Notes under the pieces: generated by a model
Told to the model about the DNA's origin: nothing
Database searches by the model: none
Seen by the model: the letters and a program-made list of their open reading frames with translations, nothing else
Position numbers and translations under genes: made by a program
NCBI GenBank assembly: GCA_026417415.1
Contig: JAOADG010000012.1
Location: 8,213-72,212, forward strand
From: a bacterium
GTDB lineage: Bacteria; Electryoneota; JAOADG01
Direction: 5' to 3'
Length of the DNA: 64,000 nucleotides
In this document: positions 48,820 to 59,383 of the stretch, one piece after another
Layout of the letters: every line of letters starts with the position of its first letter
Position numbering within the stretch: the stretch's first letter is position 1

Positions 48820-51171
48820 ATGAAAAAAGAAAGGTTGATCCTTTTCATCCTCTTTTGTTTGATCTATTCTTTAGGGGTTTCCGCTGAATTTGAATTATCA
48901 CAAAATGTTCCTGTAAATGCAATTCGTAACCTTGAAATACAATATCTTCCCAATCCCATAGATGAAACGAATGACACTTTATTATACCATTGGAATTTTA
49001 CTACTCCTTCTGGTTGGACTTTTTACGATGCATCCAACTTACCTCCTTATTGGCATCCCGATACCGTTCCGGGACGTGGAAATGACAGTGCTTGGTGGTG
49101 TGGTACCAGAGAGTTTAGAGGATATGGAAACTACTGGAATCAAGTAGTACAAACTCCGATGTTGGATCTTAGCGCGACCACCAATCCTATTTTAGCATGC
49201 AAACTTTGGGTATCCGTAGAAAACGGAAATTATGATGGTGTGACCTTATGGATTTCTACAAACGGAGGAAATTCATTTTCGGTGATAAACAATGTGAATC
49301 CGCCATACAATGCCAATAATCTAAATGCAGCATCAAGTTTGGTATGGAACTATGGAAACAATATTCCCGGTTATTCAGGTGAGACGTATGGATATCGTGT
49401 AGTCACTGCAAACTTAGTTAACTTCCGACAAGATTCGGTTATTGTACGATGGACCTTACTATCCGATCGTGCAATATCCTCAGAAACCAGAGATACCATG
49501 CGAGGCGCGTACTTAGATTCAATCCGAATTTCCGATGGTGCAAACTTGTTGTTTGTAGATGATGGAAATCAAATGAATGCAAATAGTTTACAGCCGATAC
49601 CGACGTGGGGTTTCGGTGTCTATTGGACCTGGTCAAATGCACAATATGTTTCTGCACCTACAGCAGCCAACTGTGATGATGATATGCCCAATCAAGCAAG
49701 TTGTCTTGTGAGTCCACCCATTCAATTACCAAATATGGCAACGTATTTTCGGTTTCAAGTAAGATGTGATATGCCTGATTCTACTCATGCTGGAAGTAAT
49801 TATCTAAGGGATTACTATCGTGTAGAACTGATGGGTCCTGATTCGGTTTGGAGATGGGTAATTTCTGATTATTCAAGAGGTGGTTATGGTTATCCCAATT
49901 GGTATGACTACGGACCGGGTTCGCCTTACAATGGTAACCTACAATTGAATCTTTCTGCTTATGCTGGTCAAACAATTAGATTAAGATGGAAAGCAATTAC
50001 TGATTACGACAACAATCCAAGTGGTACAGGATTATGGATTGATGATGTACGCATTTATGGTACCGATGCACCTTTATATCAACTGATGCCATTGGAATTG
50101 AGAATTCCTTTTCCTACCACTTTAGGAAGAGATTTAACACAAACTCCATTTGTACGTATTAAAAATATCGGAGCAGGAAATCTTACTAACCTTCAATGGG
50201 CACTCCGTTTAGATAATGAGCAATTTATCCAACAACCACCAATACCACTTTTACAAGCAGATAGTATTCGTTCTTATTCATTCAACTTAGAATTAGATAC
50301 TGTTCGTTCATTTTATCCGGCTGTACGATTTATTCTTCCTAATGATTCAGTTGTATTTCAAGAATATGATGAAGTAATTATTCGGTCTCCGAACTATTAT
50401 GAATTGGGTTATGATACAAGACATTTTTGGATTGGAGATACTATGCCCAGTGGACGAAGTATCGCTGTTCGTTTTCAACCCTCTTCAGAAAACTTCCTTG
50501 GAAACTTTAATGTGGTTCAGGCACGATTTGCTACAATGGGGGATCAAAGTGGAGCAGTGCATTTGAAAATTATGTCTGCTTCTGGAGCAAGACCCGGTTC
50601 TACTTTATTAGACACCATTGTTGTATGTACTCCAGGAAATCCAAATCGTGCCAAGTGGTATGAGTTTAATGTAGAAGGAAGACCTGAGGGAATGAATCGA
50701 TCGGGTGTAATTTGGGTAGTATTAGATAGAGTTGCAGGTCAACCGTTACCGTTATTTGCTTGTGATACTATTACCTATGGAATTCAGAAAACGTATACTT
50801 GGCTTGGTGGAACTTCCACACCATCCCAACACAATCGTGATGTTGCAGTCAGATTAGTGATCCAATGGCCATACAACGATGTGAATTCAAATGTAGAAAA
50901 TATACTTCCCAATACATTTCAGATATCTACGTATCCTAATCCAATGAATTCTATAACCAATTGTGTACTCACTCTTCCGAAGTCAGATGAAGTAAACATG
51001 AATGTATATTCAATAGATGGAAGAAAGGTGGATCAATTGTTCAAAGGTAAGTTACATGCAGGGAAACACACTTTTCAATGGAATGCGTTCAAGCAAACAA
51101 GTGGAATGTATTTTATCGTTGCAACGAATTCTCACGAGATGAGAGTATCCAAATTGATTTTACTGAAATAA
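48820..51171 (+). CDS. Secreted protein with tandem jelly-roll domains and C-terminal sorting domain
   Basis: Signal peptide; two modules ending G.Y/W.D.(I/V)RI; YPNPMN...YSIDGRKV..L...SGMYF...KLILLK tail; no catalytic motif recognised. Confidence 0.8.
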   Translation: MKKERLILFILFCLIYSLGVSAEFELSQNVPVNAIRNLEIQYLPNPIDETNDTLLYHWNFTTPSGWTFYDASNLPPYWHPDTVPGRGNDSAWWCGTREFRGYGNYWNQVVQTPMLDLSATTNPILACKLWVSVENGNYDGVTLWISTNGGNSFSVINNVNPPYNANNLNAASSLVWNYGNNIPGYSGETYGYRVVTANLVNFRQDSVIVRWTLLSDRAISSETRDTMRGAYLDSIRISDGANLLFVDDGNQMNANSLQPIPTWGFGVYWTWSNAQYVSAPTAANCDDDMPNQASCLVSPPIQLPNMATYFRFQVRCDMPDSTHAGSNYLRDYYRVELMGPDSVWRWVISDYSRGGYGYPNWYDYGPGSPYNGNLQLNLSAYAGQTIRLRWKAITDYDNNPSGTGLWIDDVRIYGTDAPLYQLMPLELRIPFPTTLGRDLTQTPFVRIKNIGAGNLTNLQWALRLDNEQFIQQPPIPLLQADSIRSYSFNLELDTVRSFYPAVRFILPNDSVVFQEYDEVIIRSPNYYELGYDTRHFWIGDTMPSGRSIAVRFQPSSENFLGNFNVVQARFATMGDQSGAVHLKIMSASGARPGSTLLDTIVVCTPGNPNRAKWYEFNVEGRPEGMNRSGVIWVVLDRVAGQPLPLFACDTITYGIQKTYTWLGGTSTPSQHNRDVAVRLVIQWPYNDVNSNVENILPNTFQISTYPNPMNSITNCVLTLPKSDEVNMNVYSIDGRKVDQLFKGKLHAGKHTFQWNAFKQTSGMYFIVATNSHEMRVSKLILLK

Positions 51172-51185
51172 AAGAAAGGATCTTT

Positions 51186-51500
51186 ATGTCAACCAATATT
51201 CCAACCCCTCCACAAGGACAAATTACTATTGAATTAGATGAAACTACAGGTCAAGGCATCTATTCCAATCTGGTTTTAATTGTTCACTCCAATGCTGAGT
51301 TTGTGCTTGACTTTACAAAAGTTTTACCGGGATTACCAAAAGCAAAGGTGCAATCAAGAGTGATTCTTGCGCCACCACATGCGAAGGCACTTCTTAATGC
51401 GTTAAAAGAAAATATTCAAAAGTATGAAGAACAATTTGGTGAGATTACTTTACCCGGAGCACCAAACGATAAGCAATTTGGATTCAAAGTGAACCAGTGA
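51186..51500 (+). CDS. DUF3467 family protein
   Basis: IELDE....GIYSNL..I.HS..EFVLDF....PG.PKAKV.SRVIL.P.HAK; AAGGA SD before ATG 51186. Confidence 0.9.
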   Translation: MSTNIPTPPQGQITIELDETTGQGIYSNLVLIVHSNAEFVLDFTKVLPGLPKAKVQSRVILAPPHAKALLNALKENIQKYEEQFGEITLPGAPNDKQFGFKVNQ

Positions 51501-51530
51501 ACGTGACGAATGGATAATCATTTGAATAGA

Positions 51531-52451
51531 TTATCGTAATCCAAACATCGCACGTAAGATATACCCTGCAATAGCAGGGTTTTCTTTTAATCTGCGTATG
51601 CTATAAGCATACCATTTTTCTCCAAATGGAACATACATTCGGAGTGGATGTCCTTGCTGAACAATTCTATCTCCTAATTCAGGCAAAACGCCTAACAACA
51701 TCTGGAATTCATATTTTTCTTTAGGGATGGATCGTTTTTCTATTTGTTGAATTGAGTAACGGATTAATACTTCATCGTGAGTAGCAATTCCTACAGAAAT
51801 ATCGTGATCTAAAAGTGAATCAAGACAGCGTTTGAAATTGGTTCTAATTTCTTCTCGCCCTTTATAAGCAATGCTCTCTGGTTCTACGTAAATTCCTTTA
51901 CAAAGTCGAATATGTTTTCCAGCATCGGCTAGTGTATGACTCATTAAAGAGGAAAGGTTTTCAATGTCATTGAGTGTTCTACGAAGGTATGCTTGCAATA
52001 CTACCCCCACATTGGTAAAACCACTAGCACGCAATTGTCTATAAAGTTCTAGTGTGGAATCAGTATAAGGAGAATCTTCCATATCAATTCTAACAAAAGT
52101 ATTTTTTTCCCGTGCTGAAGTTAACAACTTTTGGTAGATATGAAAGGCGTGTTGAAAATCAATACCTAAACCCATTTGGGTTGGTTTAACGGAGACATTT
52201 CCTTGAAGTTGTTCAAATTGAATTGCTTCTAAAACGCGCAAATATTCTTCGGCTGCAGCATCTGCTTCGGTCAAATCTTGGATGTGTTCACCAAGCACAT
52301 CAATGGTTACTTGACGACCTTTTGAATTTTGTTGTTTACTTTCACGGATGGCATCTTCTAATCTGGGTCCAGCGATATAGCGTTTTGCAACAGCATAAAC
52401 AAGGGATTTAGGGAGTAAAGGGAGCATTTTAACAACCAATGAATTTAGCAT
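51531..52451 (-). CDS. Monofunctional proline dehydrogenase
   Basis: RYIAG, DVLGE, SVKPTQMG, RIDMEDS, RLCKGIY.E, ATHD, EFQMLLG, YVPFG..WYAY..RRLKENP. Confidence 0.95.
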   Translation of the reverse strand: MLNSLVVKMLPLLPKSLVYAVAKRYIAGPRLEDAIRESKQQNSKGRQVTIDVLGEHIQDLTEADAAAEEYLRVLEAIQFEQLQGNVSVKPTQMGLGIDFQHAFHIYQKLLTSAREKNTFVRIDMEDSPYTDSTLELYRQLRASGFTNVGVVLQAYLRRTLNDIENLSSLMSHTLADAGKHIRLCKGIYVEPESIAYKGREEIRTNFKRCLDSLLDHDISVGIATHDEVLIRYSIQQIEKRSIPKEKYEFQMLLGVLPELGDRIVQQGHPLRMYVPFGEKWYAYSIRRLKENPAIAGYILRAMFGLR

Positions 52452-53019
52452 TTATCCTCCAAGGTGATTCCATCGGTATTCGGTAAGATCATAGAAGAAT
52501 TGCATATTGTGGATTGAAATGTGTGGGTGCTGGTTAATCAATACGTTCCAAGTAAAATATGCAAATTTTAATCAAACGAAGCAAAAAGCATTGATTCCAT
52601 AGATATACAATGCAAAGAATGAGTCAATCACTTTTATTAAAAGGATAGCGAAGTGAATGTTGACAGTAGATTGCAAGGAGAAGATGAAAAAGTAACTCTT
52701 AACTAAGTATGTAAAAACTCAAAAACAAAAAATCTTTTCACACGGATCATTCATTGATTGTTGGTTGGCGACAGCATCAACAAAAGAACTTCAAAAAACT
52801 GTGCAACAACGATTTTCAAGTGCCGTGATACTGAAAAGCATCCTATTGGAAAGCGCAAGCAAATTATCATGATCAGTTGCATTAAAAACTCTTTTTGAAT
52901 AACTGCTCAAAGTTTAACAAGGATTACTTTTCAATTTTCGGATTTCTTCAAAATCTCTGTGAGTAAAACTCTTTGAGGTATTCTATCCCTCTAAGAGTAT
53001 TTCACCCCATTTCTCCTTT

Positions 53020-53104
53020 TTCAAACGATTTTTCAAACGATGAATTTTGATTCAAACGGAGATTTTACTCGTTTTAAACAATTCTTTCACTGCAATTCAA
53101 ACGA
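53020..53104 (+). repeat. Four direct copies of TTCAAACG upstream of the polysaccharide operon
   Basis: Copies start at 53020, 53032, 53051 and 53096. Confidence 0.7.
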
Positions 53105-53166
53105 TAGGGTGTCATCTTGTAAGCGAAATAGGTTGAAAAAGACCTAATCAGCAAAAGGAGAAAAAC

Positions 53167-54852
53167 ATGATTTATTCAAGAATTAGTTCCGGGTTAGAAT
53201 TCCTTGATGCGACCTATGGTGGATTGTACTCCAATCGGAGTTATTTGTTAAGAGGACCCTCGCAATCAGGGAGAACTACTGCTGCACTTCAATTTTTATT
53301 GGCAGGGGTAGAAAACAATGAAGCCGGTATTCTCATTTCTAGCGATCGAATTGAGAATGTCATTTTGAAAGCAGAATCCGTTGGTTTGTCTTTAGAAAAT
53401 TATTTAATGGACAATCGTTTGATTTTAATGGAATATCCAAAAGACATTATCAACGGTCGTTTTCAATTGGGTGGGATAATCCATCTATTGGGAGAGATAG
53501 AAAGGTATATCAACAATTATGGATGTAGCAGAATCGTTTTTGATACCATTATACCACTTCTATCTAAAGCGAGAGAACCTCATTTAACCAACTATGTGTA
53601 TTCATTGATGAATTCTCTGGATGCGTTGCATGGTACGATATTGGTGACTTCGGGTGAACCAAACAGTCCGGTTGCTACCAGAATTACAGAGTTGTTAGAA
53701 GATGCAGTTGTCGGTTCATTTGTATTGAGTTCAATTCCTTTAAGACAAGGAACGCAAAAGACCTTTTCTGTTCATAAAATGATTAATCCATTGTTTCCAC
53801 CACAAACCTTCAAAATCAAATTTGAATATGGGACAGGAATTGTACTTGATGAATCTGGTATTGCTGCAGAAATGGGAAGCGAATCCCTGACTCATGTCAA
53901 TATCCAAGAAATTCCTTTACATATAGCAGTGTTAGATCGAGATGAAGACACACAATCTTATTTAGAAGATATCTTTGCAAAGGGTAGTCATGTGGTGTTG
54001 GTAGAGAGTGAAGAAGAGTTGTTATCCCAACATTTGTTATTGGATTATGACGTGGTCTTAATAAACACCCGTTGTGCACCCAACTGGCATCAAATTGTTC
54101 CAGTGGTAAGAGAAGCAAACCCTAAACAACCAATTTATATCATTTCTGAAAGTCGCGTAGGATCAATTAGTTATCAAGCGGTCAAACAAATTGGTGCAGA
54201 TGGATTGTTTTATAAACCGATGGCAAAGCAAGATGTATTAAAGGCGATTGAAAAAGCATTCCGCACTTATGGAATTTTGGATGATATCATTGAGAAGCGC
54301 TTGCGTTCACCATTAACCAATATGCCGGTTGATTTTGAATCTCCTGCGATAATGGGCGATCAAGTCGTAGTAGAGCAAACAACCAAAACAGGAAATTTAA
54401 TTACCTTAGCCGTTTTCAAAGAGCAAGTCCAACTCCAAATTTTGAAAAGCAATCAAGGTTCCTACAAATCCTCTTTTGCTTTAGTTTCCTTCCGAATGAT
54501 TAGTACACCCGAAATTACCAAATTGCCAAATCTACCGTTGGGATTAGAACTAGTGAAAAAGGTGGCTAATATCATCAGTGTTTCTTTAAGAGGTGCAAAT
54601 GATCGTGCATGTAGAAGTATGGACAAAGTGATTGTTTTGCTTGAAGATTGTGATAAAGAAGGAGCAGAAGCATTTGTAAAGCGAGTGTTCCATGAAATGA
54701 AATCAGAGATTCAAGCCAAACTTAATATCCAAATTGGTAAACATCTGATGATTTCTAATGCGATTGCTATTTATCCAAAAGACGGGTCAGATGTGCAAAC
54801 GCTGATTTCCCACGTGACAGATCATTCCAGAAACTTTAAACTGATTAACTAA
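53167..54852 (+). CDS. KaiC/RAD55-like ATPase domain + receiver domain + degenerate GGDEF domain
   Basis: RISSG...LD...GGL, Walker A GPSQSGRT, RIVFDT; REC HIAVLD...DVVLIN...GADG...KP; GGDEF-fold FALV...LRGANDRACR...VLL......A.....R...I..YP.DG. Confidence 0.8.
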   Translation: MIYSRISSGLEFLDATYGGLYSNRSYLLRGPSQSGRTTAALQFLLAGVENNEAGILISSDRIENVILKAESVGLSLENYLMDNRLILMEYPKDIINGRFQLGGIIHLLGEIERYINNYGCSRIVFDTIIPLLSKAREPHLTNYVYSLMNSLDALHGTILVTSGEPNSPVATRITELLEDAVVGSFVLSSIPLRQGTQKTFSVHKMINPLFPPQTFKIKFEYGTGIVLDESGIAAEMGSESLTHVNIQEIPLHIAVLDRDEDTQSYLEDIFAKGSHVVLVESEEELLSQHLLLDYDVVLINTRCAPNWHQIVPVVREANPKQPIYIISESRVGSISYQAVKQIGADGLFYKPMAKQDVLKAIEKAFRTYGILDDIIEKRLRSPLTNMPVDFESPAIMGDQVVVEQTTKTGNLITLAVFKEQVQLQILKSNQGSYKSSFALVSFRMISTPEITKLPNLPLGLELVKKVANIISVSLRGANDRACRSMDKVIVLLEDCDKEGAEAFVKRVFHEMKSEIQAKLNIQIGKHLMISNAIAIYPKDGSDVQTLISHVTDHSRNFKLIN

Positions 54853-54862
54853 AGGTAATTTT

Positions 54863-57800
54863 ATGCGCTCGTGGATAGTCGTGTTCATAATAGGTATCGG
54901 ATTGGCTTCAATCGTTAAAGCAGAAAGCCCTGAAGACATCCTATACAATGCAAAACAATTGAGATATGAAGGCATCTTAATCGAATCCGCATCGTTGTAT
55001 GAAAAGTATCTTTTGCAAAATCCCAATGATGTTGAAGTCCGTTTTGAGTTCATTGAGTTACTGGAAATGTTAAAACAGAAAGAAAAAGTCATTGCACAGG
55101 TAAGAATACTTCGTAAGCAAGTTCCCAATGATCCACGGTTGGAAAAGTATTCAGAATTGCTGATTAGTACGAAAAAGGAAGCAATTGAGTCCAAGGTGAA
55201 AGAATTTGAAAACTATGTGAGCAGCCCTAATCCAAATCCGAAAACAGTTCTTGACTATGCACGATACTGCGCAAGTAGCGGATTGGTTGTAAGAGCATTT
55301 GAATTGTACCAACAATATTTGAGATTAAGACCAAACGATGATCGGATAAAACTTGAGTTTGCGCAACATTTGGGTTGGAACAATCGTTTCTCTGAATCGG
55401 AAGAGTGGTTAAATGAAATCCTAAAAAACAATCCCAATAACGTTGAGGCGAGAATGTTTTTGGCAGACATTAAGTACTGGCAAGGTTTTGATGATGATGC
55501 TTTACGTCAATATGAAACTGTCCTCAAAATTGCACCGAAAAATAACCGCGCTCTTGATGCAATAACGAGAATTAAAAAATCAAGCGGCTATCAAGAGAGA
55601 AAGTTGATTGCTGAAGCAAAAAATAATCCTGAAGGACAAGCATTAATTTCTTTAGCAAAATTCTATTACTCAGTGGATCGCTTTTACGAAGCAGATTCTT
55701 TACTAAAGTTACGTCTCCAAAGAATTCCAGATGATCGTGAAGCAAAAAAATTGTACAACGAAATGCAGGAAAATAGAAAGGTATTTTTTCAAAGGAAGAT
55801 CAAAGATTTAGAAAATGCACTAATTCAAAATCCTAACGATGCTTCCACCATTTTACAACTGGCAAGATTACACAGTGCAAACGCAAATTTCTCAAGAGCG
55901 ATAGAACTCTACGACAAGTATCTTTCAATTACAGGTGATGATTTCAATATACAACTAGAACGAGCGAATGTATTGAATTGGAATGGAGATTATGCAAATG
56001 CAATTCAAGAATACCTCGATGTATTGTCCCACCAACCGGATAATCGTAGTGCAAAAGTTGGTTTAGCATTTGCACAATTGTACCTAAACCAAAATTTAGA
56101 GGAAGTAGAATCATTATTCCAAGATGAATTAAAACAAAATCCCAAAGATTTAGAAGTAAAACTCGGTTATGCAGAAGTGTTGTATAAACAAGGAAAGTTT
56201 GATCAAGCAAGAAAGATGTTCAAAGAGATCGTTGAAGTAGATACTGCAAATGTAACAGCAAAAAAAGCATTACTTGCAATGGATACGGATCTATCGCCTA
56301 TGATTTATCAAGCAGAAAATGTAGTTCGATCCAATCCATCGGACCTACAAGCCAAAAAGCGTTTATTAGGTTTGTACTTGGATGTTCATCGCTTTTTTGA
56401 AGCGGAAATTTTGCTCAATGAATTACTGAAAAATTCACCCAATGATCCATACTTAAAATCCATGCAAAATGAAATTAATCAGTATAAAAAATCGTACGCC
56501 TTAGATGAGTTGAAGAATATAAAACTCCAAATTCAGTTATATCCAAACGATACATCCTATAGAATAAAGTATGCCCAGTTGTTGACTTTGGCAGGAAATT
56601 TCAAAGAAGCATCAGAACAGTACCGTTTATTAATTGAACGTGAACCGAATAATCCTCAACATTACCTACAGTTAGGTGAAATTTACATTGCACAAAAAAA
56701 ATTAAATGAAGCGCAATGGGTGTATCAAGGTTTAATTGAAAGATTTCCAACGAATACGGACTATCGTGCAAAGTATGCACAACTCTTGGCATGGGATGGA
56801 AAAAACGACGCTGCATTGGTGGAATATGAGCAAACATTAGCGATGAATCCAAACTCTGTAACAGCATTAGTCGGTTTAGCCAATACATACAAATGGCGTG
56901 GGGATAGTTACAATGCGTACGAATACTACCAAAAGGCCTTGGCGATTGATCCACAAAATACTGAAGCAATCAATGGACTCAAATCTTTACGAAATGTATT
57001 TATTCAAGGGTTGCAAACCTATGCAAGAGGGCTTCACGACAATAATGGATATCGTTACAATGAATACGGTTCTGAATTCATCGCACACATCTCGATCAAT
57101 ACCCAAGTGTCTATAGGAAGTGGTTCAATAAACTTTTCACAAGATGGTTTTAGAGAATTGGGATGGTCTATCAATTCTAAGCTTAAATACAATTTTAGCC
57201 GATTTACATCGGCGTCTGTTGAATCCAAGTTTTTCCAATTTAAAAACCGATACACCAATTCCTTAGCAGTAAATCTTATGCATGATTTTTCTGGAATAAA
57301 CGAACTCAAAGGTTTAACCATTCACTTACTTTACAACTATGGAGATGCTGTATTTGAACTCGGTTCACTGCAAAATTTACAAACTTGGACTGAAAAATTG
57401 ATCACAGAAAAAATATCAAGTCATATCGTTTACCAAATGGACACATCCACTACCTTAGAAGGTAAAGTAGATTACATTTCAATTTCTGATAGGAACTCTC
57501 GTACTGATCTATGGTCTGAAATTGGTTACAAAATTAGTCCGATCTTAACGATCGGTGGAAGGTACGATTGGGTCTCCTCACCTGATACTGGTAAAATAGG
57601 TGGATATTGGGCGCCTAAAAACTATGCATCAATTACTGGTTGGATAAAACTGGCAAATCAACTGGATAGGTTCAATTACGAAGTGAAATTGAATTTGGGT
57701 CAAGTGATGAATACAAAAAATACTATAAGCACAACTCAAGCAAAACTTGGTTACAAAATGGTAGAATGGTTAACAACAGATTTTTCTTATTTCCATCTTC

Positions 57801-57868
57801 GAACGATACGATTGGATGGAAAGTATAACTATGAAGGTTTATTAGGTTCACTAACATTTCATTGGTAA
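54863..57868 (+). CDS. TPR scaffold plus outer-membrane beta-barrel polysaccharide export porin (PgaA/BcsC/PelB-like)
   Basis: Signal peptide; about 700 aa of TPRs with repeated A..L.W.G; C-terminal alternating beta-strands, YWAP..Y and terminal aromatic LTFHW. Confidence 0.8.
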   Translation: MRSWIVVFIIGIGLASIVKAESPEDILYNAKQLRYEGILIESASLYEKYLLQNPNDVEVRFEFIELLEMLKQKEKVIAQVRILRKQVPNDPRLEKYSELLISTKKEAIESKVKEFENYVSSPNPNPKTVLDYARYCASSGLVVRAFELYQQYLRLRPNDDRIKLEFAQHLGWNNRFSESEEWLNEILKNNPNNVEARMFLADIKYWQGFDDDALRQYETVLKIAPKNNRALDAITRIKKSSGYQERKLIAEAKNNPEGQALISLAKFYYSVDRFYEADSLLKLRLQRIPDDREAKKLYNEMQENRKVFFQRKIKDLENALIQNPNDASTILQLARLHSANANFSRAIELYDKYLSITGDDFNIQLERANVLNWNGDYANAIQEYLDVLSHQPDNRSAKVGLAFAQLYLNQNLEEVESLFQDELKQNPKDLEVKLGYAEVLYKQGKFDQARKMFKEIVEVDTANVTAKKALLAMDTDLSPMIYQAENVVRSNPSDLQAKKRLLGLYLDVHRFFEAEILLNELLKNSPNDPYLKSMQNEINQYKKSYALDELKNIKLQIQLYPNDTSYRIKYAQLLTLAGNFKEASEQYRLLIEREPNNPQHYLQLGEIYIAQKKLNEAQWVYQGLIERFPTNTDYRAKYAQLLAWDGKNDAALVEYEQTLAMNPNSVTALVGLANTYKWRGDSYNAYEYYQKALAIDPQNTEAINGLKSLRNVFIQGLQTYARGLHDNNGYRYNEYGSEFIAHISINTQVSIGSGSINFSQDGFRELGWSINSKLKYNFSRFTSASVESKFFQFKNRYTNSLAVNLMHDFSGINELKGLTIHLLYNYGDAVFELGSLQNLQTWTEKLITEKISSHIVYQMDTSTTLEGKVDYISISDRNSRTDLWSEIGYKISPILTIGGRYDWVSSPDTGKIGGYWAPKNYASITGWIKLANQLDRFNYEVKLNLGQVMNTKNTISTTQAKLGYKMVEWLTTDFSYFHLRTIRLDGKYNYEGLLGSLTFHW

Positions 57869-57903
57869 TCCCTAAAAAAGTGTAATTCAATACTGGAAGA
57901 AAA

Positions 57904-59355
57904 ATGGAAACGAATACAAAAAATCAGGTTCACGAATCCAAGCAAAATCCTGTGGTAGTTAGCCAAAGTGGTCACATTGGATCCTCTTCTGCAATCACCA
58001 CAACTGGTGAGCAATATGTAAAAACTACAAGTTCCGAATGGGGTTATTGGTTTATCATCATTATGCTTTTGATCGTATTCGGAACGATAACAGTTTCTAC
58101 GTACATCCTTCTGTTAAAATCTGAGTTTTCTATACCCAATATTGTCGTGAATGTGTCCATTATTTCTTTGATCTTGTTCTTGTTTTTGGTCATTGTACGA
58201 TATTTAACCTTAGTCATTTTAAGTTACTTACACCATGCAAGAGATGCTGCGATTGACGATTATGACTATCCCCTTCTTCGCGTTTCCATTTTAGTACCGG
58301 CATACAACGAAGGTCCGCTGATTGGTAGATCCATTGAATCTTTACTCGAAATGGATTACCCAAACTATGAAATTGTTGTGATTGATGATGGTTCAAGAGA
58401 CAATACTCTATCTGAAGCAAAAAAATGGGAAGGTACGCAACCCGGAAAATATGGTCCTGTCGTGGTTCGTGTACTAACACAACCAAATATGGGGAAAGCA
58501 CATGCACTAAATCATGGCGCATCTGTGGCTACCGGTGAAATCGTGGTCTGTATGGACGGAGATAGTCGTCTTTCACCAAATACCCTTCGAGCAGCTGTAC
58601 GACACTTTGCTGATCCACAAATTGTAGGTGTAGCAGGAAATGTGAAAGTACTGAATCGTGTCAATATGCTCACAAGATTGCAAGCATTGGAGTACCTTGA
58701 AGGTTTGAATTTAGTCCGACGTGCTCAAGCTTATATACACGCTGTAAATATTGTTCCCGGACCTATTGGTCTCTTTCGAAAAAGTGCATTAATGGAAGTA
58801 GGAGGTTGGGACTCGGATACTTTCGCAGAAGATTGCGACTTGACACTCAAATTGGTTACTAAAAAAGGTCACATTGAGTACGAACCAGAAGCCATTAGTT
58901 ACACAGAGGCACCGGAAAAACTGCTCCAATTACTAAAACAAAGATACCGTTGGACACGAGGAATCTTACAAGCATTGCGTAAACACCGTTTCTATCTATT
59001 TAATCTGGCAGCAGGATGGAGAAGTTTACTAACCATGTGGCAGATGATTTTTGAATCTGTTTTCTGGCCCGGAATGAACATTTTAGCAAACACCATGTTT
59101 TTACTGGTTGCAATTCTATATGGTATGTCGCCACTAATCGTATTATGGTGGGTACAACTCACTGTGTTAGATACCATTGCAGCGTTGCACTCTGTAGCTA
59201 TGGAGAAAGAAGAATTGCGTTTAGTTCCTTTTGCAATTTTATACCGATTTTACTTTATCCAATTGGTGGACTTTGCAAAATTGTTAGCCACCATTGAAGA
59301 GATGTTAGGCATCAAAATGAGTTGGGGTAAAGTCGAAAGAATAGGAAGATTGTAA
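57904..59355 (+). CDS. Processive GT2 polysaccharide synthase, PgaC/IcaA-like
   Basis: VPAYNE, DDGSRD, GKAHALN, DGD, LQALEY, AED.DLT, QRYRW, flanking TMs, C-terminal W.K.ER.G; no PilZ domain. Confidence 0.9.
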   Translation: METNTKNQVHESKQNPVVVSQSGHIGSSSAITTTGEQYVKTTSSEWGYWFIIIMLLIVFGTITVSTYILLLKSEFSIPNIVVNVSIISLILFLFLVIVRYLTLVILSYLHHARDAAIDDYDYPLLRVSILVPAYNEGPLIGRSIESLLEMDYPNYEIVVIDDGSRDNTLSEAKKWEGTQPGKYGPVVVRVLTQPNMGKAHALNHGASVATGEIVVCMDGDSRLSPNTLRAAVRHFADPQIVGVAGNVKVLNRVNMLTRLQALEYLEGLNLVRRAQAYIHAVNIVPGPIGLFRKSALMEVGGWDSDTFAEDCDLTLKLVTKKGHIEYEPEAISYTEAPEKLLQLLKQRYRWTRGILQALRKHRFYLFNLAAGWRSLLTMWQMIFESVFWPGMNILANTMFLLVAILYGMSPLIVLWWVQLTVLDTIAALHSVAMEKEELRLVPFAILYRFYFIQLVDFAKLLATIEEMLGIKMSWGKVERIGRL

Positions 59356-59383
59356 CGAGTTTAAAAAAAGAAAGGAAATAATC

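Noticed and set aside
52452-53166. CRISPR array or known riboswitch in the long intergenic region
   Set aside because: The repeats are only 8-9 nt with irregular spacing, there are no cas genes, and I could not match a c-di-GMP or other riboswitch consensus by eye.
53167-53870. Circadian clock KaiC
   Set aside because: Single degenerate ATPase domain, no kaiA/kaiB nearby, and fused to REC/GGDEF-like domains within a polysaccharide operon.
57904-59355. Cellulose synthase BcsA
   Set aside because: Too short, no PilZ domain, and lacks the HAKAGN, FFCGS and QRxRWA context typical of BcsA; the motifs are closer to PgaC/IcaA.
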